This document shows, piece by piece, positions 55,726-64,000 of a stretch of 64,000 bases of DNA; position 1 is the first letter of the stretch; every line of letters starts with the position of its first letter. The translations under genes and the position numbers were made by a program. The notes below the pieces were generated by a model. It ran no database searches. It worked only from the letters and a program-made list of their open reading frames with translations, and was not told where the DNA came from. This stretch comes from Eledone cirrhosa (taxonomy: Eukaryota): positions 97,464,001 through 97,528,000 of the forward strand of contig OZ024743.1 in NCBI GenBank assembly GCA_964016885.1. The letters run 5' to 3'.

Positions 55726-56199
55726 ATATATATATATATACATATATATATACATATATATATACATATATATATTTATAAACATATATATATATATATA
55801 TATCTTAAATAATCAACCATGAAGTATGAGTCATCTACTTGCATGGAATATACGTCGATTCATTTATCTCCGAATATTGCAATAAAGGGATGGTGTCAAT
55901 ATTACAAACAAATAAAAGGTATGCCAAAAATATTGTCCGCGAAGCTTGTTAGCTCATAAAATCATTTTATGTCTATGTATATCTTTCAGCTTGTCAGTAA
56001 GGAGGAGGGGGTGGGGTGTTGAAAGGAAATCAAAAGCTCTATTCTAATAATCTGTCATTTGCTTTGTAAGATCTCAATTTTTATGACCTGATATGTGAAA
56101 TATAACAAAGAGTAATGAAAATATCACATAATTAAAACCTTTATAGTGTTATCGATAAAACGAAATATTGACGTTAATATGCCTCCTCCTCCTCCTCCT

Positions 56200-56465
56200 T
56201 CTTCTTCTTCTTATTATTATTATTATTCTTATTCGTCAACCACTTATACCTGGGAAGGTCGTGGGGCCAGAGTCTTCAAATACGCCTTTAAGCAGATCCT
56301 GTCAAAAGCAATTGATCCGACAGAATTTCCAAGCGAGATCAATCTTATCCAAGTATCTTGCTCGGTGTCAACCTCTGGTTTTCCCCGTAAAATATGTCCA
56401 GTGATTCTTTGCTGAAACGTGGAGAGAGCCATAACTCAATGCCGCAAAGTATTTTGTGGGACACC
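56200..56465 (-). mobile_element. Probable decayed LINE 3' end with (TAA)n/(GAA)n tail
   Basis: GC-richer segment ending in a simple-repeat tail; only weak RTE-like remnants (TW.., AFDR). Confidence 0.4.
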
Positions 56466-56862
56466 CTATTGTTACTTCATGCTGATAATGATGATGCTAA
56501 TAACAATTATGCTTCACATTATTATACTAAAAATAATGGTAATATTTTCGTTAATATCAATATTGAATTATGGAGAAACAAATTGAAATATATTTAATAG
56601 GAAAAAAAAAAGAAATGCGAGAGTGAACGAGACAGAAAGAGAGAAACGTTGCATTTTTAGATTTTTGTCTGACCAAATCTTGCCGAATATTTGAAGAAAA
56701 ACAAGATATGTCTCTATAACTATCTATCTAAATATATTGTCTTCTCATCTCTCTGACTTGCTCAGCTATGTTTTGCGTGCTCTCTCTCTCTCCTATATAG
56801 ACGGACGCATACATACTTACCCATTATCACACTCACCTATAACTGATAATTATTAGAGTTGG

Positions 56863-57066
56863 TATTAATAGATTGGCAGAAACATTAGAGTGTCAGGAGA
56901 AATGATTTCCACTACCTGTTCTAGATCTTATCGTCCAATCAAACCCCATTGACGTCAACTTTGCCTTTTATTCTTTTAGGGTCGATAAAATATATTACCC
57001 TTCACGTACTGGGATACGTGTTACCCCACTACCAAAATGGCTAACTTTGTGCCAATTCATGAAAGA
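56863..57066 (+). mobile_element. Degenerate SINE (family A-related)
   Basis: GTCAACTTTGCCTTT..GGGTCGATAAAAT..TTGTGCC. Confidence 0.65.
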
Positions 57067-58006
57067 ATTATTTTAGCATTGATGGTATTCATTCATATTT
57101 TATCTAAAATCCTTTATCGGCAGAATCGACCTGACCGAAGTGACGAAGGCCTAGATATAACATAGACACAGCTTAACCCCCCCCCACACACACACACACA
57201 CACCTAACACCCTTTCCTCCTAAACCTCCTCCCCCTCCGTGCCCCTGCTCTTCCTACTCCCTTTCTTTATTCTAAAATTTATTTTCCGTCGGTTCCTTTT
57301 TTTACTTATTCGGACTAAATAATTAAAAAAGATGAAGTGGTCGCCATCATTCTAGCGGTACTCATCTTTGTCATCAAGATGTTGTGCACGTGGGGGAGAG
57401 TGAGTGTGTATGCATAGGTATGCGTGTATATGTATGTATGTGGATGTGTGTGTGTATGCATGTGTATGAGTGTATATCTATGTACGTGTGTGTATGTATG
57501 TGTGTGTATATGCGTGTGTGTGCGTGTATGTGTATGTACGACGTGTATGCGTGTGTGTGTGTGTATGCATGGGCAATTGTGTAAGCTTTTTTTCCTACTT
57601 TTGTTGCCGGCAAAACCTGTATGTCCGTTGGTGCCTGCATTTCTATACAATGGCGTCTTCCTATTTTGTGTCTTCCGTTTTCGGGGGCATGTATTCTGTA
57701 GATGACTATCGAATTACGTTCAGCTCTTCAAGAATGTTGTAGCTAAACATAGAAGATATCACCAATGGGAAGAGACGCACTCTAACTTAATTAGAAACAG
57801 CAATTGATAGCAATACATAATTTAATGAATAAGACTTCTTCATGAAATAATCTCATATTGACAACGCCAACGAGTGTCTTCTATTCAGGCCAACCAAGTA
57901 ATATATTCAATGGAGAATTAAATCTTTATGAGTTATTTACTGTTTTGTTATTTAACATTGTTTTCTTTTATTGGGGAATTATTTATCTTTTCTTCTGTTG
58001 TATGTT

Positions 58007-58008
<2 letters not shown>

Positions 58009-58083
<75 letters not shown>

Positions 58084-58213
58084 ATGTGTGTGTGCGTGTG
58101 TGTGTGTCTGTGTCTGTGTGTGTATGTGTGTGTGTGTTTGTGTGTGCGTATGTATGTATATAAATATATATATATGTATATAAATAAATAAATATATATA
58201 TATATATATACAT

Positions 58214-58312
<99 letters not shown>

Positions 58313-58352
58313 AAGCGACATACATACATACATACATACATACATACATACA

Positions 58353-58386
<34 letters not shown>
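58009..58386. repeat. Compound (TA)n/(TG)n/(CATA)n microsatellite
   Basis: Direct reading. Confidence 0.96.
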
Positions 58387-58751
58387 CCTGTATATCTCTA
58401 CATATAACATGGTTGACATATACTCGGCGAATTGGTAGAATCGTTACGCGTCGGACAAGATATCTGCTAAATTAAATCCTCCATATTGCATTCACCGTTC
58501 AAACTCTGTCGTAGTAAAAAATGCTTTTCTTTTTTCCAGAGTTAATAAATATTAAGATAAATAATAATATCAGGTTGACCATCTGATATGGTGAGACATT
58601 TGTTCTGAGATTTTGCTTTATGAAAATGAAACTCCACTATTAATTAAGTCTAACTCCACTATTAATTAAGTCTAACTCCTTAAGAGTTAGACTTAATCTA
58701 TTACTACATTTAGAACCACCAATGGTCAAATGGTATGTGTCTAGTGGGGTC

Positions 58752-58875
58752 TGTGAAGGCGTGTGGCTGAGTGGTTAGAGAATTGGATTCACAATCTTGA
58801 GGTTGGGAGTTCGATTCCTGGACCGGGCGATGCGTTATGTCCTTGAGCAAGACACTTTATTTCACGTTGCTCCTT
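58752..58875 (+). mobile_element. tRNA-derived SINE head with CORE-like segment (family B)
   Basis: A-box TGGCTGAGTGG, B-box GAGTTCGATTCC, GTCCTTGAGCAAGACACTTTATTTCACG. Confidence 0.88.
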
Positions 58876-59509
58876 CTACCTGGAGTTGCGACCGATAGAT
58901 AGTACTAGCAACTGGAAAGACCGACAAAAAAACATTGTTTCCTCGGTCCGATTTGACGAAAGTTATTCGATCCTTATTGGGGTCTACAGTAGTGTAGTTA
59001 TATGAGCAGAGTGTGACCAAGAAATAACTAATGGTTTCAGCCCTCCCTCCTGACTAGTCAATAAAATATATATACATGACTGAAAGTATGAACCTTTATC
59101 TAAATTGTTTGTTCAGACATATTATCTGCATTATCCTCTACATTATATCACATGTCAAACATAACCTGTACTTGAAGATTTTTTAAGTGAGGATAGACTT
59201 TGCACGGAGCCAATCCCACTCTCTGACCATCGAATGTGTAGCTGTGTGAATGTGCTTATATGCATTTGTATGCATGTGTATGTATATATGTGAGTGCAAC
59301 TGTGTGTATATATACATATATATTTTGTTTATAATACTGGTCTAGGGGATCGCGCAGACTTGGAGTCTGGTCTGGGGTGCAAACCCAGATCACATGCCGG
59401 CTGCTTGAGAAACATTTGTAACCAAGATTGATCAATAAATCTCTTATGTAACACTTACACGTGGTTATTATTATATATATGTATACATATATATATATAT
59501 ATATACAAT

Positions 59510-59556
59510 ATATTAACAAATGGAAACTATATTTATAAAAACTTATTTATTTTATT

Positions 59557-59562
<6 letters not shown>
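59510..59562 (-). mobile_element. Short fragment of family H1
   Basis: Matches 9766-9818; lies between TA tracts. Confidence 0.75.
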
Positions 59563-59601
<39 letters not shown>

Positions 59602-59724
59602 GTGAAAAAGAGGAGACGCGTGTAATTATAAATATATAGATTCACATACGAAAATATACACATACACACACAAATATGAATGTCTAGTAAGTGCTGTACT
59701 ATTAGTGGCACGCATTGTCAAAGG

Positions 59725-59781
<57 letters not shown>

Positions 59782-60196
59782 TCCGTACAGTCCGAGCATT
59801 GTTGTATCCGTTCTTTTCATCGTATTGTGTTGTGATTGTCGCTTTCGCTGTCCTCTTTTCACAGATTATTTAAAATAGCCAGAGACACATACCAATAGTT
59901 CAGCATTGGATCGGACAGAAGGTCACATCATAACAAGAATAGGCTTTTCTGCACCCAGCAAAGGGCTTGACGCTAGCGCTTAACCCCGATAGCTAGTGAC
60001 AAAGCCTTTGTGGGCAGCGGTGAGCCATAACACATGCAATTAGAGACTGTTCTTGGAAAAGTTATGAATGTCACTAACATCTACTTTATTGTCTTCACCT
60101 ATATAATATGTGGCCTTACGCTTTTGTAAAATGATTCCTATACACATTGTTTCTAAGATTATAAATATATATATATACACTCGCACACACACACAC

Positions 60197-60294
<98 letters not shown>

Positions 60295-60435
60295 TAAAGC
60301 TCTTTGGATTTCGAAATTAGACTGCGGAAAGTTACGATAGTACTACCAGTCAGTCACAGAAGTAACGCGTGGAATAAATGAGTGGGAGAAAATGTGTAAG
60401 TCGAACATATAGATTATACCAGCTCGTTAGCTGTC

Positions 60436-60822
60436 TACTGGGAGTCTCCATACTTTCCGGCTCTTTTCTCTCCCTCTTTGTCCTTTGTCCTTCGTGTTAT
60501 ACGAGTGCGAAACTAGGAGATCCTGCGGAGAGCCAAGTCATGGACTCTACAGAGAGTGGTCACGGAGCGTCGGTACCGTCTGGCTGGCCATATCCTGCGT
60601 CTGCCAAATGAACGGCATTCGAAAACAGCAATGAACTGGATTCTGCCTAGCAGTAAACGGAGGCCGGGGTTGCCCAAGGATCACTTGGCGACGAACGTTC
60701 CGGAAGGACCTGATGCCAGTCAACATCACCTGGCACGGTCTCGAAAAAGTTGCCGCTGATCGTGACCGTTGGCGAGTACTTACTGCTCGATGCACCGAAC
60801 GGCGCGGAAGAATCTAAGACTA

Positions 60823-60825
<3 letters not shown>
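60436..60825 (+). mobile_element. RTE-clade LINE 3' end
   Basis: VTERRYRLAGHILRLPNERHSKTAMNW..KRRPG.PK / TWRRTF / AADRDRWR; ends in TAAGAC repeats. Confidence 0.85.
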
Positions 60826-60894
<69 letters not shown>

Positions 60895-63800
60895 GAACAA
60901 GTATAGACTTCTACCTATTCATCTGTATATGTTTCAAATTCTAGTTATTATTGTTATCAACATGTGCCTGGAATTATTGCTGCTTTTTCTTGAAATAAAA
61001 CACATGCGGGCGTTGAGGATGGTCTATTAGATATGACTACACAGACAGACACACACACACACACACACACACACACAGCCATGTGCGGACACGTACTCAT
61101 ACATACACATATGTAAACACAATCAAAGAAACGTTTGTGTATTTGGGTGAATGTGGGTAAAGCATTTCATGCATGTTAGCATGTCAATCTCATTATTTCT
61201 GATGAGTAAACAAGTGTCTATGTATCCCCTTTATCTCTGAGTTACAGCAAATGTAGATAGGCAAGTTTAAAGGGAGCTTTCTCTATATTTATTTATATAT
61301 TTAAAGCTTCCAAATGCTTCGTATCTAGTTTCATATTTCTTCTACTGAGGCAAATATTTATAATGATAATAATAATACTATAATTACCATCCTCTTCCGG
61401 TCATCCTCTTTCCTGCTAGACAAATATACTTTCGTCTATTCGACGCCATTCAAGTCTTTAACAACTCTCTGCTTTGCTCGAGTGAGATATTTTTCTCCCA
61501 GCTTACCTTAATCTGTTCTATGCTAGGTTTCATGTGCACTCTAGATTCTCGAAATTCTATCGGTGTCTTTCTTAATGATACCCTTTGTATCATCTTCTGG
61601 ACTATATTGAGGGAGGTGGCAAGTCAGCTGCACATCCAAGGTTTTAAATCACCAACCGTAATGCTGCAGCTAGTTGGAGACATTATTGGATCAGATAATG
61701 TGATATGCTTACATCCCAAATCTGTTCCAGAAAGCACTGATCTTATTCATATTTTCCTTTAAGCCATGTTTCCCAAAGCTTGTGGAACAAACGCACTACT
61801 TTAATCAACGCGGAAATTTTGGGAACATATTTAAAGACTACGATTAGTCAGTATAATACTTACGCAAGATCTGTCTTAATTTATATTGATCATTTTAATT
61901 CTATTGGTTTCAATGTTATTGAAAAATGAAAAAAGAAAGTAGTTTTCACCAGTCACCGAAATACGGCAGACTATATTATATAGTGTTATTAATGTTCTAG
62001 CACCAGGAAAGATTTGGTAGGGCAAGGGTCAAAGGCATAGTTGTGATGATATTTTCCAATGTAAATTTCGTTTTATTTCTTGCATATCCAATGGCCACAT
62101 GTATATAAGGTGACTTCAAGTATATATGTTATTGATAAGTAATACTCGATAGAATATCAGACAGTCTGTGCAATTCGATCATTTCTTTATATTGTCATCA
62201 GCAGCGTGAAGATTTAGTAGTGTAGACACTTAACAATAACCCGATGCAGGATGACTACATATTTATATGTGCCAGATACCGGTCACCACTGCAAGCAGCG
62301 AGATCACTGTACAGTTAACAAGTGTTTAGCTTGTTTGCAGTGTTGAGTTCAAGTCCCCATATGAGTGTCTCCACTAACGAATGAGCTACGACAAACTGGC
62401 ATTATACTGGGTATATTATATAAAAGCAATAGCCATTTCTCTAATGTTGTTCCACGTGTACCAGGAAATTTACAAACTCTATAGAAAAGTGATTTTCTAT
62501 AAAGTAGCTGTAGTGTCGAGAACGTAATTCTTTGTCGTAGAATAATAGCAACATAATAACATCCAACACCTCCCAGGACTTGTCGCAGGTCCATCGCCAG
62601 TAGCTGCGGCTTTGGGTGGAGACTGTAATATATTTTTCGAACAGGCCACTCTATCTAAGTCCTGAATATGCCCTTTGTTACTCCGTGCGAATGACGATGC
62701 ACTATAGATGTCTGTACAGATTCCGATCGTTTTCTGCAAATTCAGTATTTTGGTGGGCATTTGCGGCAGTCAGAAATTTAGTACGTTTATCAGACCCACG
62801 AAATCTAGGCCTTTGTGGAAGCGGCCTTTATTCGCCTCATCACATCTAACATCATATCTGGTGGCCGTGCGCTGTCCGCCATCAGCATCGTTCTCTACCA
62901 GAACAACTCCGTCGATACACACACACACACATACACCCTCCCTCCACAAACACATATTTATATATATATATATATATATAAGAATATAGGCTTGATTGGG
63001 ATATAATAAACCTTTTTTTATAAATACTCACTAATAAATATGGTGTTCTTGTGTTTATATATTGTTTGTGTAGAGAGATTAAGATGGAGATAGAGAGAGA
63101 GAAAGAGAGACAGAGGGAGAGTAAAAGAGAGAGAGAGGGAGAGAAAGAGTGAGAGAGGGGGGAAAAGATAGAGAGAGAGAAACCCTTTCGACATATTTGT
63201 TCGATTACCTAATTACTGCTGCAGGCTTATGTAACTAATAAATACATAGTTTAGCTCAAATGACATCAATATGAATATTTCCATTACCTTTTTCATAACA
63301 TCTATTTACTAATCAATAATATATATTTATCTTTTTTCTCAAATTATTATTATTGTTATTATAATCACCACCACGACCATCATCATCATCGTCATCATCA
63401 TCACCACCATCATCACAGAATCGGTAGTGCAATAGGTAAACTATTTTGTGGTATCTATTTTGATGCAATTCAATTTCCTCAGTATACTACCTGTGGTGTA
63501 CGTGATCAATTGGTATATAAGTATGTGAAACATTTTCTTATGTTTTCTTTGCTATCTTGTCAAAACCTCTGCATTTTTTGGCTCATAAATTATCACGTCA
63601 CATCCACCTTTCAATTCTTTGAAATAATCGGCAGCGTGAAACTTTTTTCCTTTCGAGTTCTATAAAACAAATAACATTACGACAATGAAATTTATATTCC
63701 TTATGGTTTTTCCCTGCAAAATTAGTCTTATATATAGTGAAAGACATAATGTTATCTTCTGTGTTACTCCTTTAGCACATATCTATCCATTCATACACTT

Positions 63801-64000
63801 TACTGTTAACAGTTAGTGGTGATATGTTACCAACGAAATTCTCAGCATTTCTATTGCCATTAAAAGTAATTTTGTTTCATTTCAATTTCAATATTAGTGA
63901 AAGCCTTTGAATGTATTTTCTAATGTATTTAGATAATCTTTTGTTAATCTGACATCCGAATTTAAAAGGGTAATTGAAATTTTGGAATCTAATAAAGCAT

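Noticed and set aside
58630-58697. 22-bp tandem duplication followed by a short inversion (other short tandem duplications at ~26840 and ~40150)
   Set aside because: Local slippage or template-switch events; not CRISPR-like because there are no unique spacers and the context is eukaryotic
59836-59935. Minus-strand fold with hammerhead-like topology (helix, GTGACCTT, helix, GAAA)
   Set aside because: The core deviates at several invariant positions and lacks an NUH triplet; structured, but not supportable as a ribozyme
61199-62203. Isolated CTGANGA matches (61199, 62197; also 15302, 44951, 46671)
   Set aside because: No helix II, GAAA and helix I arrangement; expected by chance

Overview
This is AT-rich, microsatellite-saturated eukaryotic DNA with no convincing host protein-coding exon, so probably intronic or intergenic. 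The SINE families resemble those I associate with octopus genomes (inference). Ordinary content: two tRNA-derived SINE families, decayed LINE fragments (R4/Dong-like, CRE-like, RTE, Tx1/L1-like), a non-autonomous Helitron, a Tc1/mariner MITE and many simple repeats. The striking signal is a dense set of short non-coding elements sitting inside (TA)n tracts. They carry type I hammerhead ribozyme folds: about a dozen intact-looking cores plus several decayed ones, from at least 8 unrelated sequence families. They show palindromic helix III, U3-A8 core variants, large branched helix II insertions, tandem or terminally redundant units of 591 and 310 nt, and divergent inverted repeats with a 3' tail. 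This looks like a diverse (TA)n-targeting radiation of Penelope-dependent retrozyme-like elements. All folds were made by eye and activity is untested.
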